This document shows positions 13,453-26,897 of a stretch of 64,000 bases of DNA, piece after piece. This DNA is from Macrostomum hystrix. Taxonomy: Eukaryota > Animalia > Platyhelminthes. Position 1 is the first letter of the stretch, and the number at the start of each line of letters is the position of its first letter. The notes below the pieces were generated by a model. It did no database searches, was not told the origin of the DNA, and saw only the letters and a program-made list of their open reading frames with translations. The DNA is taken from the NCBI GenBank assembly GCA_950097015.1, contig CATNEN010000009.1, positions 434,001-498,000 on the forward strand, given 5' to 3'. The position numbers were made by a program, and so were the translations under genes.

Positions 13453-14695
13453 ACGGAGATTTAGATGAGAGTTGTGCCGGAGTTGAGGTTGGCGAGGTGG
13501 TTCGGGCTGCCGGAGTCTAAGTTTATGCGACTTTATCAATTAATCTCAGATCCCAGCCGCATGCTAGGATTTTTGGGATAACTCCCCAGTCGCCTCATCA
13601 ATCTCGTTGCCATTCTTCTGCGCAAATTTTAGACAGCAACTTGTAGAAGTGAGAACTGCAGTCCTACCAGACCTCACTTTAGCTGTTCTGGTTGGACTGC
13701 TCATTCACGCTAAAGTCTGTCATTTTTAATTTGTAGAAAGCATGCATCCACCGATGAAGCTGTAGTCCTCATGCAATGGGAGAAGTACTTTTGGGATTCG
13801 CTCCGCAGGACAAGGCGTGTGTGTGGGCATAGCGTAAGCACTGTGAGAGCTCAGGATGGGAAGAAAGAGTTGCTGCTGGTGGGAAAGTTTGCACCCGGTG
13901 TGGCTACTGCATGAAGCAGCAACAAATCGCGTCTCCATGGGCTGCGGGAGCTGGAAGGCAGCGACAGATGGCATTTTAGGATGCGAGACGGACGGAAGGA
14001 GGGGGAGGAACAGGAGGACGTGCAGCGTCCAAGTGAGGCAAGAGATGAAGGAAGTGGAGTAGGGTGGGAAATTCTCATGAGTACTGAGATGGGCTGACGG
14101 TGAGAACCCAAGGCATCACCTTGGGTTAGAGCCATAGAAGCGGGATTGAGGAAGAGGCAGAGCAGAAAGCTGAAAGCTTCTTCCGAAAGTCCGCTTCATT
14201 TCAGGTTGTGCGAAAGCCTCACGGAGATAAGAAATGGAGTCTGGAGGCCTGCATCTCGGGGAGACTCCATTCCCGGATTCTGCGGACTGGGCGGGTCAAA
14301 GGGAGCCTAAAAGCAAATTGGAATTGCCGCCAATCTTCTTTCCCTTAGTCGGTTCCTCGCGCGCTTCATTAGCGATTTCCCATTAACGGCCAGTATTCAA
14401 AGCCCTCTCTCATCCACTGGAAGAAGAAATTTCCTTTTTTCTTTAAATCAAATTTCCCCAAATTTTTGCTGATGGACTCAGCGGTGAGTCCATTTGAGCA
14501 TATAAAAGGAAGGCCATGCATCAGGGCGGGGCGGAGGCCAAAGAGAATCTACAACTGAGGAGTAGGCGGTGGGTGTCGACTTGCTGAAGAATGGGCGGAC
14601 TTGCATCCGATTTTGAAATTTGACTGCATAAAAGTAATCCCGCTACCTTTCTATAGCTCGGCTGCAGCGGCTGTGCTGTAGCTCACGCAGGGCCT

Positions 14696-14955
14696 GACGA
14701 CTCAACTGGCGACTCAACTGGCGACTCAACTGACGACTCAACTGGCGACTCAACTGGCGACCCAACTGGCGACCCAACTGGCGACTCAACTGACGACTCA
14801 ACTGGCGACTCAACTGGCGACTCAACTGGCGACTCAACTGGCGACTCAACTGACGACTCAACTGGCGACTCAACTGGCGACCCAACTGGCGACTCAACTG
14901 GCGACTCAACTAGTAACTCAGGTGGCTACTCAACTGGTTGTTAAACTCAACTGGC
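14696..14955. repeat. 12-bp minisatellite (ggcgactcaact)
   Basis: About 20 tandem copies. Confidence 0.95.
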
Positions 14956-15260
14956 TGCTCCACCTCAAACTGACAAATCAGACCCAACTAAGCCTTGGCT
15001 ATATGCTCGCTCCTAGCCCAATGCGCCACCCGCTGCCTTCAAATCTCCCCAGTTAAACTTTTCTGGTCTGCGGGGCCGCTGATTGGCCACCAACCACCGC
15101 CCTCTGCCATGATTTCCACCTCCTCCCTGCATGTAAATCTTGTGTTCGTTCTGTTCGATCAGGCTGCAGTCATGGCTATCGGCCAGCTAAGTTGGCCTCT
15201 TGAGCTACAGAATTTAGCTGAGCATTGCCCGCTACCTACAGCACTCAAAAGTCCATGACA

Positions 15261-15597
15261 GAATTCTTTCCACTAATCCAGCTGTGTATGCAGACATATG
15301 ACACGGTCCTCTATTCAGCCCTGAATCCTTTCCACCAATCCAGCTGTGTATGCAGACATATGACACGGTCCTCTATTCAGCCCTGAATTCTTTCCACTAA
15401 TCCAGCTGTGTATGCAGACATATGACACGGTCCTCTATTCAGCCCTGAATCCTTCCATCAATGCGTCTTTTTATGCAGACATATGACACGGTCCTCTATT
15501 CAGCCCTGAATCCTTCCATCAATGCGTCTTTTTATGCAGACATATGACATGGTCCTCTATTCAGCCCTGAATCATTCTACCAATCCAGCTGTGTATG
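15261..15597. repeat. ~62-bp tandem repeat
   Basis: ...atgcagacatatgacacggtcctctattcagccctgaat..., about 5.5 copies. Confidence 0.9.
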
Positions 15598-15601
15598 CTC
15601 A

Positions 15602-16216
<615 letters not shown>

Positions 16217-19200
16217 TCACTCCTGCAGAGCTGTTCCCAGCTGCTCTCCTCACTCCTCTGCTGTTTATTACCATCTCTCTGTGCTCAGAGGTCTCTCTTG
16301 AAGGCTCATGAGAGAGCCATACAGTCGCCAGCCTTAGAGCAGTGTTGACCCTGGCGCGAGGCCATTATGACTGGCCAGCACTTCCGGAACTGCCGGAAGC
16401 AGCCAGGGTAGCAGAGCTCTCTCTGTGGGTCTCTCTTTCAGCACGCAGATCAACTCTGCTTGTGCTTATTATTGAGTTAACACTCTCGCGGGCCTGCAAT
16501 TTCCTTGGCGTCTGGCTGGCTGGCAGATTTTTAGGCAAAAATGCAGGCCATTTCGGCGAGGCTCTCGGGGCCGGAGCAAAAGTGCAGGTCCGCACCGGAT
16601 CCATGATAAGGCCATGCATAACTGACAGCTCGGCTCGAGGATGAGAGTCGAGATGGAGAGCTGAATGCAAAAGAGGCTAGCAATTAGCATGCTGCAGCTC
16701 CCAGGCCTTTCCTCAGAGCTCCACCATGCAGATAAATGCGAGCCCGCAGCCTCCGGGGAAAGAGGATTATTCAATTTCTAGCCGGATTTTCAGCCACAAG
16801 GAATTCGAGACGCAATGCACGGCTGTCAGGGACACTTCCTTGGCATATTTTAGTCCAAAACCTGAGAGGTTAGAGAGGAGAAAGTGGAGAACAAGAAACG
16901 CGTGGCATCCTCCGAGCACGCACCAAACTTGCAATATGGTTTCACAAGAGGAACTCCGACGCTGTGCTTCGGATTGACTCATGTTGTCTCATTGTTGACT
17001 CATTGATGGATACCAGATGGGCCCTGCCTGTTGATTTGCCTGTTGACAGCGGTGAGTCAGCAAGCTCAGGCGGAATCAAGGAAAAATAGGTACTTGTATC
17101 CGGTTCAGTTGGTAAAATCTGCATGAATGTGGGTTCTATGCGAAGCAGTGGCCAAGAGCATAGAAGCGGCCCAATTTGCTAAATAATACGAGCGTACGTG
17201 TGTAGGTGTATATAATCCCGTTTTATTGATTGTCGCACGTGTTTCGTCAATACTCGAGACCCATCTCACGTGTGCTCAGCAGCTCCCACCTACTCCAATC
17301 TGCTATGCCAACTGAGCAGCTCCGAGAATCGCTGGCGAGTTTGCTCAGCCGATAGCAACTCAGCCCGGCAGCTGAGAACAAGACCCCAGAATGACCATCC
17401 GTTTCATTCCGCATGGCATAGTATAGTTTGCTCAGACTGAGTACACAGAACTCCCACGATCCTGTCTGAACTTGCGCAGACTCCGTGCTGCAAGCGCACT
17501 GCTCTGTCAACAGGCTCGAGGCTGCGAGGTTGCACCGAGACGGAATGCAGATCACATCTGAGATCAGGCTGAGGAGGGAAAGCAGGAAACATGAATGATG
17601 AAGGACAGCCTCCGACAGTCTCCGCTGTCCGACGTCGAACAGCTACGATGGTTCTCGGCACGCGAGAAACACGAGTTCGTTCAATGCTTTCTCAAGCCAT
17701 ATTCATTCGCTGTAGTTATTTTTGGCACAAGGCGGAAAGTTCGTGTCGGGCATGGGCGCACAGGAACTGTGGTGCTCTGTATGAATCTGGCGATGCGGCT
17801 TTGAAGATGCTACCCCTTGGAGCAGATATATGATTTCCCGGTCGGACATAAGGTCAAAGCGAGCGCGGGATCTCGTCAGGTGCAAAGAGTGGGTCAGTGG
17901 GGAATGAGGCCTGTATACTCATATTGTTTGGGACAATAAGCATTTGTGAACGTCGAGAATTCCCTTGCAAAAAAACAGGGCTTAGGGGAAAAAAGACAAG
18001 AGACTTCGGGATAATGATGGAATCCCACGAAAGAAGCGTGTGGAGATTGAAGGCAAGAATTAGGAGTGTGCAGATGAAGGATGAAGCGATAGAGTGAGTG
18101 ACAGGAAGAACTGGGTTCTGTGCATGAAAAGCACGACAACAAGAGAGAAGTGCAGGAGGCGCGCCTTACTCAGGGTTCCGATCGATATGCTGCACTTGAG
18201 ATGGGAAGCTGGGGAGAGATTGGAGCGCGGAGTTGATATGAGGACGTAAAGGGAGCTAGGTGCAGAGGGGCAAGTTCAGGTCTTCCGCTGGTCCAGCTCA
18301 CGAGCGATGGCCGGCGGAGCAATTTGTAAGGAAAATGGTGGCCAAGTGAAGCAGCAGGAAGATGCATGGGAAATCAGAGGCAGGAGAAGAACGAAAAATA
18401 GCCCTTTTTGGTAACGCAGTGAAGCCTGGACTAATGAGAGACTAATGAGGGAGTATAGTATGAGGAGCTATAGTAAAATAGGGAGACGCCAGCAAAGTCT
18501 CCCTGCTCCTAGATTTGCTGCTCCCGGACTTTGATATTGCCGCTATACTCTTTTCAAACTCCCAGAGCGCGGCCTTCCCATGGATTCCCCTACTGGAATT
18601 TTACAGCATCTAAAAAGCAGCCATGAAAAAATACTGTATCCAGTTTTTAAAGCAGCGCCAAAACAATCATATTCAATGAGTATAAAGCAAGATCCAAACA
18701 CAATTATAACTACCTGCGAACAACTTCCTCCGGTACAACTGGAGATGTTGGGTGTACAAGTTGGATCTACATAATAGGCTTTTTGAGCTAGACAGAATGC
18801 TTTTTAGACAATTAATGGAAATGTTAGGTTAACCCTTTTAACATCTCGTAATACTTCACACCTTAGTCTCACTTAATCTTAGTTATTTAGCGAGTTTACA
18901 TTTTCTGCCGCAATTAATCCTGTAAGGATGGAGTCGTTGGGTGGAGTATTTTTATTCGATGAACAGAGATACGTGACCTGACCATTGCTTGACCGAGTGA
19001 ACTGTCGCGGTCACCATTCTCTTAAATCCACTGAAATTCTGGAAATACTGGTACCGGGCCTTGAAAAAGTAACTATGACAAGACCATTGTGTGCAAGCTC
19101 TTTCCCGATCGTGTCAGTACGACGGGGATTCTCGCCCAGCACCTAGCATAAGAAAACAATGTCTTGCTTAAGAGCTATTTAGCTCTTAGCTAGTTTAAAC

Positions 19201-19486
19201 TAGTTTTTGGGTAAGAGAGTTTAAACAAAAACAATACTATCGTAAGGCTATATATGTAACCCGCTTTCTGTTTACTAACACTTCTTTAAAGAATTGACTG
19301 AATCATTGACTGACTAACTGAAATTCCAGAACAATCGTGTATATTGTCACGCTTAGTTGTTTATATGAAAATATATATTTGGGCCTAAAAAAAGTCAGTC
19401 CTATTAGTTCGAAAAAGTCGCAATCGTGAAATTGTCTTTTGAAATTAATTTTTATATGCTTGCTATAGGCCTAGACAAAGTCATTA

Positions 19487-19663
19487 ATGGATTTGCTGCT
19501 TAATATCGTCGACTTCGACCCGAAGAGTAAAAGTAAGAAAATAAAAGAGGAAACATATGAAGACTCTAGGCAGCACAGTCACACAAAGACTACCAAAAAC
19601 GACAATGCTGTTGTAGCTAGACGGACAGCAACAACAAAAGCAGAAAAATATGTCCAGGAAAAG
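19487..19663 (+). CDS. DDX31: Probable first coding exon of DDX31 (MDLLLNIVDFDPKSKSKK...)
   Basis: ATG start; M..LLN N-terminus resembles Dbp7/DDX31 family starts; phase-0 donor AAG|gtgtgt is compatible with the phase-0 acceptor at 21865. AT-rich, unlike the later exons. Confidence 0.5.
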
Positions 19664-21193
19664 GTGTGTATATATTGCAAATAGACCTAGTTTTTATTTC
19701 TCATTTTTTATGTCTGGTTTGAATTACGTGTTAACTGTTGCATAAAATGTATAAAAACTAGGCCTGTCAGCGTCAGGGAACCAAGAAAATGTAAGCCTAG
19801 GTATACATCTAATGTTACAAGCTGGGCCTATATATTGTCTAGACCTAGTAGTATCCATGATTTTAGCCCATGTATGCACAGGTATTCCTAAAATGTGCTG
19901 ATATAGTATGTACAGTTTTAGTATTAATAATAATAAGCCTATAGCTTGCTATGTGGGTGCCACTCATTTTGGTACTTGTCAGTGCTTTCCAGTACAGCTC
20001 AGCTCTTAGGCTGGGGACTGCTTTTCAGTGGGTGTCAGTAAGTGTCTTAACTTTTTATTTGTCAGCTGGTCTAGCTCTTGGCCACTTTGTCAACTACACT
20101 TAGGCCTATAAGTGTCAATAAACAGTGGAATAATTATGTCAATGTGCATGAGTCTAGCAGTTTCTGTATTTGCACAAGAGAGAGAGAATATAATAATATG
20201 AGAAAATGAGAATGATAATAAATTTATGTGTTCACTATAAAAATGATAGCAAAATATTGAATTGGGAACAAATTATGTTCAAGGGTATAAACAAGCACTC
20301 CCCATCCTAGGCAATGTACTGAAAAGTACTGACTGGTACCAAAATGAGTACTGGTACTGAAATGCATGGAATCTAGCTATATGCCTATATTGTATATATA
20401 GGCAAAACAAAGTATACATAGGCCTGTTAACAAAGGCCTCGACCTAGGCTAGCCCTTACTAATTAAAACTATTTTAATATTTAACTATTTAAAATGTTAT
20501 ATCTTATGTAGAATTCCACAGTAACCAAAATTTTTCTATATCCATATCCATATCTGTATCTCTAAAATTTTCCCCTAGCCTATCTGTATCCATAACTAAA
20601 AAAATCCTGTAACTTCCTGTAACCTTCATTATATCATGTGCACTATGTGCGTTACTCTTATATGGATACTTGTAGCCATATCCGTAGCTATGGCAGAACT
20701 CTAATCTTATGTAGTTTAATATAGAATTTGTCTTTATTACACACATTTAGTCTGTCTATTGCTTCTAAGAAAAAAAGATTTTGTTTTGAAATTCAATCAT
20801 TTCTAAGTTAAATTGTCACTTTTGTCACACTACTCTAGGTTTAAGTGTAACAGTTTTTGTGCTTAATTGCAACACATCTATAAATGCACCTGTCTGTATA
20901 AATACATTCTTCAGGAGGCCAAGCCAAATGCCTCAACTCAAATTAGTGGGTTTTTTGTCGTTTGTCGAATGGCATTTGCTATGACAATCAATGAGGCTGC
21001 ATCTTCATATCAATGAGTTTAGAATGAGTTCTGACTAAGAACTAAAGAAATCTTTACCTGCTAAACAGCCCGTTGAATTATCCTTTAGTGACAAGTATCA
21101 TGCCATTTTCTCAGATATATCTAGCGAATATATCTAGCATTGCGCTGACTCGAAGCTGTTGAAGGCAATCGATCCAAACCAAATTTGGTCCAG

Positions 21194-21545
21194 GTGAAGT
21201 CGAAGCGGAAGCTTTCACCGACCGCGGTAGACTCGGAGCTCTCGGCCTCAAAAAAGTTCAAGCCAGAGGCAGTCAAGTCTCCAAAGGGAATAACTGTTCG
21301 ACTGGCGAAAAAGTTGCAAAGGCCAAAACCGCAGCCGGCTGATGAAGCTGCGGCAGCATCGAGCAGGACGGTCCGACCAGGCGGCAATCTGGCCTTTGAA
21401 TCCGCGCCAGCTGAGGCCGAGGAAAGGCGGCAGCGGCAGCAGCAGCAGCAGCAGCAGCAGCGGCATCGCCAGAAGACTCAAACTTCCACTGGCGAAGTAG
21501 AAGGGCCTGACTGGGACAGCGTGGCCGATTGCCTTCTGGGTGAAG
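21194..21545 (+). CDS. Candidate Lys-rich/poly-Q exon, possibly part of the DDX31 N-terminal extension; 3' boundary uncertain
   Basis: GC-rich open frame after gtccag|GTG (VKSKRKLSP...QQQQQQQQ); only weak donors before the stop at 21568. Confidence 0.35.
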
Positions 21546-21614
21546 TGAAGGATGTCAAGAAGCTGTGAGAACTGCTTTAGCTTCAGCTTTCCTCGTCAGG
21601 TTTTGTCCAATAAT

Positions 21615-21830
21615 CCCATTACCATTCCACATCTGTGTGGGTCTTTGTTACTAGCCCCATCACCATTCTGCATCTGTGTAAGTCTTTGTTCCTAGTCCCA
21701 TCACTATTCTGCATCTATGTAGGTCTTTGTTCCTAGTCCCATCACCATTCCACATATGTGCGGGACTTTGTCCGATGACCCATTACCATTCCACATCTGT
21801 GTGAGTCTTTATTCCTTGCCCCATTACCAT
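21615..21830. repeat. Degenerate ~41-bp intronic tandem repeat
   Basis: cccat[t/c]accattccacatctgtgtg.gtcttt recurs about 5 times. Confidence 0.8.
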
Positions 21831-21864
21831 CTAGCTCGCACAATACGTTTGTTCTGACCTCCAG

Positions 21865-21978
21865 CAATCCTCGTTCAGCTTCCAGGAGCAGCTTGACATG
21901 GAGACTCCGACTGCAGACACGCAGAAGGTGTTCAGCAAGCTGGCCATCAAGGAGTGCAAGCATATCCATCCGTATTTG
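21865..21978 (+). CDS. DDX31: DDX31 exon (QSSFSFQEQL...QKVFSKLAIKECKHIHPYL)
   Basis: ctccag| acceptor and |gtaagt donor; aligns by eye with the DDX31 pre-Q-motif region (SSLF...EKVF...LHPHL). Confidence 0.8.
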
Positions 21979-22057
21979 GTAAGTTATGGTTTATTAATTT
22001 ACTAATCACTTGGCAGTTCCGCACAATTCTCAACGTAGCCTATTTTCAATCTTTCAG

Positions 22058-22172
22058 GTCTCCCTGCTGACCGAGAAGCTGAGTCTGGAGTACTTCACCA
22101 ATGTGCAGGCGGAGACCCTGCCGCTGGTACTGGCCGGCAAGGATGTGCTCATTAAGACTCAGACTGGTTCGG
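22058..22172 (+). CDS. DDX31: DDX31 exon with Q motif and start of motif I (FTNVQAETLP...KTQTGSG)
   Basis: ctttcag| acceptor and G|gtgagt donor. Confidence 0.9.
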
Positions 22173-22573
22173 GTGAGTGCCGACTACTACAGGTTATGTG
22201 ACGAGGGTCATGGTTGACGACGACGTTGATTTTCCCCGTCCCCACCAAGATAGCTTTGTACCGCAAAGTTTGTCTCGCCTTTTATGCCATGCCTGTCACA
22301 GTCGAGTTGAAACCAACGACGAGTTTTGCTACTCTTATTAGCAGTTAAAGCTTTTTAAAGAAATTTTCAACCACAAAAGAAAAATCTTTGTTTCGATGCG
22401 GCTGTAGTCCATTGTTTAGAGCTTGGCACTCCTTACCGGTAGGTCTGAAGTTCGAAACTCACTCCAGTGAACAGTGTGTCTTAGAGTATGAAAGTTATTT
22501 CCATGTTGCTTCAGTTCATCCACCTCTTTAGAGCACCTCTTTTGATCAAGCAATAATTGGCTGCTGCCCGCAG

Positions 22574-23208
22574 GCAAGTCCCTGGCCCTCCTGCTGCCGC
22601 TGGTGCAGCAGCTGCAGGCGGTGGAGCCGCCGCTAAACCGCAGTTCCGGCACGCAGGCGCTGGTTTTGTGCCCGACTCACGAGCTGGCCGAGCAGAGCCA
22701 CGCCCTGCTGCAGCAGCTGCTGCGGCCCTTCGTGCGCATCGTCAGCGGCCAGCTGGTCGGCGGGGTGAAGCGCAAGTCGCAGAAGGCCGCCCTCCGGCGT
22801 GGCCTCAACATCCTGGTGGCCACGCCACGGCGCCTCCTTGACCATCTGGAGCGGAGTAGCCGGCTGAGCCTGGGCTCCGGCATTCGCCTACTCATCATTG
22901 ACGAGGCCGACCGTCTGGCCGAGATGGGCTTCGAGCGCGACGTCCGGCGCATCGTTGAAGCCGTGTGCGTCTGCGGCAGGCGGCCGCAGACCCTGCTGTG
23001 CTCGGCCACGCTGACGGAGGGTGCCGAGCGGCTGGCTGGTCTGGCGCTGACTGACCCGAGCTGCGTGTCCGAGGATGCCGCCCTGCCGGCCAGCGTCCAG
23101 CATTTCGTGCTGGCCGTGCCAACCCGCATGCGGCTGCGGGCCTTGCTGTCTGTGCTGCGACCCGCCCTGGCCGCCGAACAGAAGGCCGCCCTGTTCCTGC
23201 CCACCCAG
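22574..23208 (+). CDS. DDX31: DDX31 exon, DEAD domain
   Basis: GKS, PTHELA, GGVKRKSQKAALRRGLNIL (DDX31/Dbp7 signature GGEKRKSEKARLRKG), DEAD and SAT motifs; canonical splice sites. Confidence 0.93.
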
Positions 23209-23261
23209 GTGAGTTGCTGGATGGCTCAGAGAGGTGGGCTGGCTGAGACTCTGGCTCATCA

Positions 23262-23387
23262 CTGACTGAGTCACCTGTGGCAGGTCTCAGGTCACTGATC
23301 ACTGAGTTACCTGTGGCATGTCTCAGGTCACTGATCACTGACTGAGTTACCTGTGTCATGTCTCAGGTCACTGATGACTGACTGAGT
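23262..23387. repeat. Short intronic tandem repeat (~36-40 bp, about 3.5 copies)
   Basis: actgagt[c/t]acctgtggca.gtctcaggtcactgat recurs. Confidence 0.8.
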
Positions 23388-23447
23388 CAAATTCTTCCAC
23401 AAGCTATTTATAAGCTCCGAATGTCGACCCCGCCTCTGCTTTCCCAG

Positions 23448-24209
23448 GCCTCTGTGGACTTTCACCACGCTCTGCTGTCAACTATTCTATCAGATTCCGT
23501 ACCTCTTTGTCGTCTCCATGGCAACCTGGCCCACGCCGACCGAATTCGGGCTTTTCGCGAGTTCGCCAGCCAGTCTGGCTCCGGCCTCCTCGTCACCACC
23601 GACGTCAGCGCGCGCGGCCTGGACCTCAGCCGCCTGTCCTGGGTCATCCAGGGCCCGGGCGAGCCACAGCTGTACTGCCACCGCGCCGGCCGCACCGCTC
23701 GACTAGGCCGCCCAGGCCGCTGCCTCCTCCTCCTGGACTCGGCGGAGGTCGCTCCCTACCTGCGCCTCCTGACAGCCGCGGACGGCCCCATCCAAGGGCT
23801 GCGCTTCGCCCCAGTGCCCGCAGACAGCCTGATGGAACGCTGCTGTCCTGATAACTTCGACCAGCTCGCACAGCTTGTGAACGACACTGACCAGCTGCGC
23901 GTCCTTGCCGAGGACGCTTTCGTGTCCACTGTGCGTGCCCGAGCCACCTTCGCCGGCGAGCTGCGCCGCGCCCTGCCCATGCCGCACCTGGGACATCTGG
24001 CCTCCAGCTTTTTCCTGTCCGACCCGCCCGGCGTAATCGCCGCCAACGCCCGACGCCGTCGGCACCCTGACGCGGCAGCTTACTCGACAGAGGGAGCCTC
24101 GTCTTCGAAGTCCGAGCGGCGCACCTCGAAGGTTTCGGCCGGCCGGCGGGTTCGAACAGGCGGTGTGGCTGCAGCGGACCGACTGTCCGAGTTCGCCAGC
24201 GGCATCTGA
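23448..24209 (+). CDS. DDX31: DDX31 last exon, helicase C domain
   Basis: RLHGN, TDVSARGLD and HRAGRTAR motifs; C-terminal SEFASGI*; AATAAA at 24283. Confidence 0.92.
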   Translation, partial: ASVDFHHALLSTILSDSVPLCRLHGNLAHADRIRAFREFASQSGSGLLVTTDVSARGLDLSRLSWVIQGPGEPQLYCHRAGRTARLGRPGRCLLLLDSAEVAPYLRLLTAADGPIQGLRFAPVPADSLMERCCPDNFDQLAQLVNDTDQLRVLAEDAFVSTVRARATFAGELRRALPMPHLGHLASSFFLSDPPGVIAANARRRRHPDAAAYSTEGASSSKSERRTSKVSAGRRVRTGGVAAADRLSEFASGI

Positions 24210-25074
24210 GCCCGCTGCCGGCTGCGAGTTAAGAGAACTGACAACTTTGGGACTGGCTTGCGGACACACTCACCTTCTTGGAAATAAATGAGCCCGGCAT
24301 TTTAGAGCATGCACACTGCTCACCGTTTTGTTGAGTAGGATAAACCTACCTGTCTTACCTTTGGTAATACATTTTCACTGATCTTCGTTCTTTTTGCCAT
24401 AGGAAATATTTTCATGCATTTTACTTCCCCGGTTCCCCCAAACTGGGACACTGACGGAATTTGGGATGGCCGCAATCTGCTTCTCAGACACGCTCTCAAC
24501 CGAATACGCATCCTGAGACAGATAGGCATCCAACCAGCATCTAAAGCCTGTTCTTGTGCTACTGGGCCAGTAGTATGTCGAATAGCGCAGGAAATATGCA
24601 GACGCCAACTCGGGTTTCCAGCAGAAATACGAGCACCCGCATTTCTCTTAGCAGGCCTGTCGGACTGACAAGCGAATTGATGCGAAATCGGCATCGATCC
24701 GCTCTGTCCCCCTCCGTGCGCGCTTTGTCCTTCTCTCTGGGTGACGAGGCCACGCAACGCTGGCCGCTGTAGAAATCAATCGATATTTAGTCGTGCTGGA
24801 GGCCCGATCTAGGATTTGTTCTAGTGTGTATGCGGCTGTCATGCACGAATCTTCGACAACAACCGAGGCCTAAGTAGAAATACTTGTGCGGCTTGGCTGG
24901 CATGTATTCTGCGAATTTATAATGAACTTCTGGCGCACCTTGTACTCGTAGAATTGCCGCCTGGGCTGTTTGAACTGGATCGTCTGCATCGCGACAGCTG
25001 CCACTCGGTGTTCGAGGCAAGGACTTGACTTTGATATCGACCCTGCCTTCGTGTCTTGCCACGCTTTTTGGCTT

Positions 25075-25980
25075 GCCTTCTGGCTATGAGAGCTGTTAGC
25101 TTGCCTTCAGGCTATGAGAGCTGTGAGCTTGCCTTCTGGCTATGAGAACTGTTAGCTTGCCTTCTGGCTATGAGAGCTGTTAGCTTGCCTTCTGGCTATG
25201 AGAGCTGTTAGCTTGCCTTCAGGCTATGAGAGCTGTTAGCTTGCCTTCAGGCTATGAGAGCTGTTAGCTTGCCTTCAGGCTATGAGAGCTGTTAACTTGC
25301 CTTCTGGCCATGAGAGCTGTTAGCTTGCCTTCAGGCTATGAGAGCTGTTAGCTTGCCTTCTTGTTATGAGAACTGTTAGCTTGCCTTCAGGCTATGAGAG
25401 CTGTTAGCTTGCCTTCAGGCTATGAGAGCTGTTAGCTTGCCTTCAGGCTATGAGAGCTGTAAGCTTGCCTTCTGCCTATGAGAACTGTTAGCTTGCCTTC
25501 AGGCTATGAGAGCTGTTAGCTTGCCTTCAGGCTATGAGAGCTGTTAGCTTGCCTTCTGGCCATGAGAGCTGTTAGCTTGCCTTCAGGCTATGAGAGCTGT
25601 TAACTTGCCTTCAGGCTATGAGAGCTGTTAGCTTGCCTTCTGGCCATAAGAGCTGTTAGCTTGCCTTCAGGCTATGAGAGCTGTTAGCTTGCCTTCAGGC
25701 TATGAGAGCTGTTAGCTTGCCTTCAGGCTATGAGAGCTGTTAACTTGCCTTCAGGCTATGAGAGCTGTTAGCTTGCCTTCTGCCTATGAGAACTGTTAGC
25801 TTGCCTTTAGGCTATGAGAGCTGTTAGCTTGCCTTCTGCCTATGAGAACTGTTAGCTTGCCTTCAGGCTATGAGAGCTGTTAGCTTGCCTTCAGGCTATG
25901 AGAGCTGTTAGCTTGCCTTCAGGCTATGAGAGCTGTTAGCTTGCCTTCAGGCTATGAGAACTGTTAGCTTGCCTTCAGGC
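25075..25980. repeat. 28-bp minisatellite
   Basis: ggctatgagagctgttagcttgccttca, about 32 copies. Confidence 0.97.
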
Positions 25981-26416
25981 AATCGAAGTACGAGTGGTAG
26001 GTGACCCAGACTTGGATCAATGGAGGGCAGTGAAGAATCGTCCTGTCTTTACTATGCCTTTGACGGGCCGGGGCCAGTGTTTGGAAACCAAGGCTCCTTA
26101 GCAATCGCTGGGAGCCCGCTAAACTTTGAATTCGATTTCGCGCTCGAGCAAGCCCATAAGATTCTGCGGACCCAACCCACTCCAGGCGGGCCTCCCTGTG
26201 CTTTTTTAATTGGTAGCGGAAGCACTTGGCCTCGAAAGCGGGCTAATGCCGTCTGCCAACCGTGACACGAGCTCCCGGAGTCCTGATTTGGACCCGCTTC
26301 TGAGCCAATTGGCCTGGATAAGAATAACTAACTGCTCAGTGGCTTTTGCGTTCTTCTGGAGCAGCGGATTCTGTATGAGTCGGGACTTGATCCTGATGAC
26401 CAAATTTCGCCAATGG

Positions 26417-26897
26417 ACTCACAGTGAGGACAGCATGGCTGTTTGCTGATGTCGCAGGCTCATTGTGAAGGTGTCCGCCAATGCACTCACAGTGAGGACA
26501 GCATGGCTGTTTGCTGATGTCGCAGGCTCATTGTGAAGGTGTCCGCCAATGCACTCACAGTGAGGACAGCATGGCTGTTTGCTGATGTCGCAGGCTCATT
26601 GTGAAGGTGTCCGCCAATGCACTCACAGTGAGGACAGCATGGCTGTTTGCTGATGTCGCAGGCTCATTGTGAAGGTGTCCGTCAATGCACTCACAGTGAG
26701 GACAGCATGGCTGTTTGCTGATGTCGCAGGCTCATTGTGAAGGTGTCCGTCAATGCACTCACAGTGAGGACAGCATGGCTGTTTGCTGATGTCGCAGGCT
26801 CATTGTGAAGGTGTCCGCCAATGCACTCACAGTGAGGACAGCATGGCTGTTTGCTGATGTCGCAGGCTCATTGTGAAGGTGTCCGCCAATGCACTCA
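26417..26897. repeat. 68-bp tandem repeat, 7 copies
   Basis: actcacagtgaggacagcatggctgtttgctgatgtcgcaggctcattgtgaaggtgtccgccaatgc. Confidence 0.97.

Noticed and set aside
12670-13539. ORF of (SYTPSMSPSV)n resembling the RNA polymerase II CTD heptad YSPTSPS
   Set aside because: Near-perfect 30-bp nucleotide repeat with no synonymous variation, open in several frames, and no RPB1 exons nearby; best explained as a minisatellite.
18450-19150. Possible - strand multi-exon gene divergent from DDX31
   Set aside because: Splice-like sites exist, but I could not join them into a stop-free frame or recognise a product.
25075-26897. CRISPR-like appearance of regular 28- and 68-bp repeats
   Set aside because: Head-to-tail units without unique spacers, eukaryotic context, and no cas genes.
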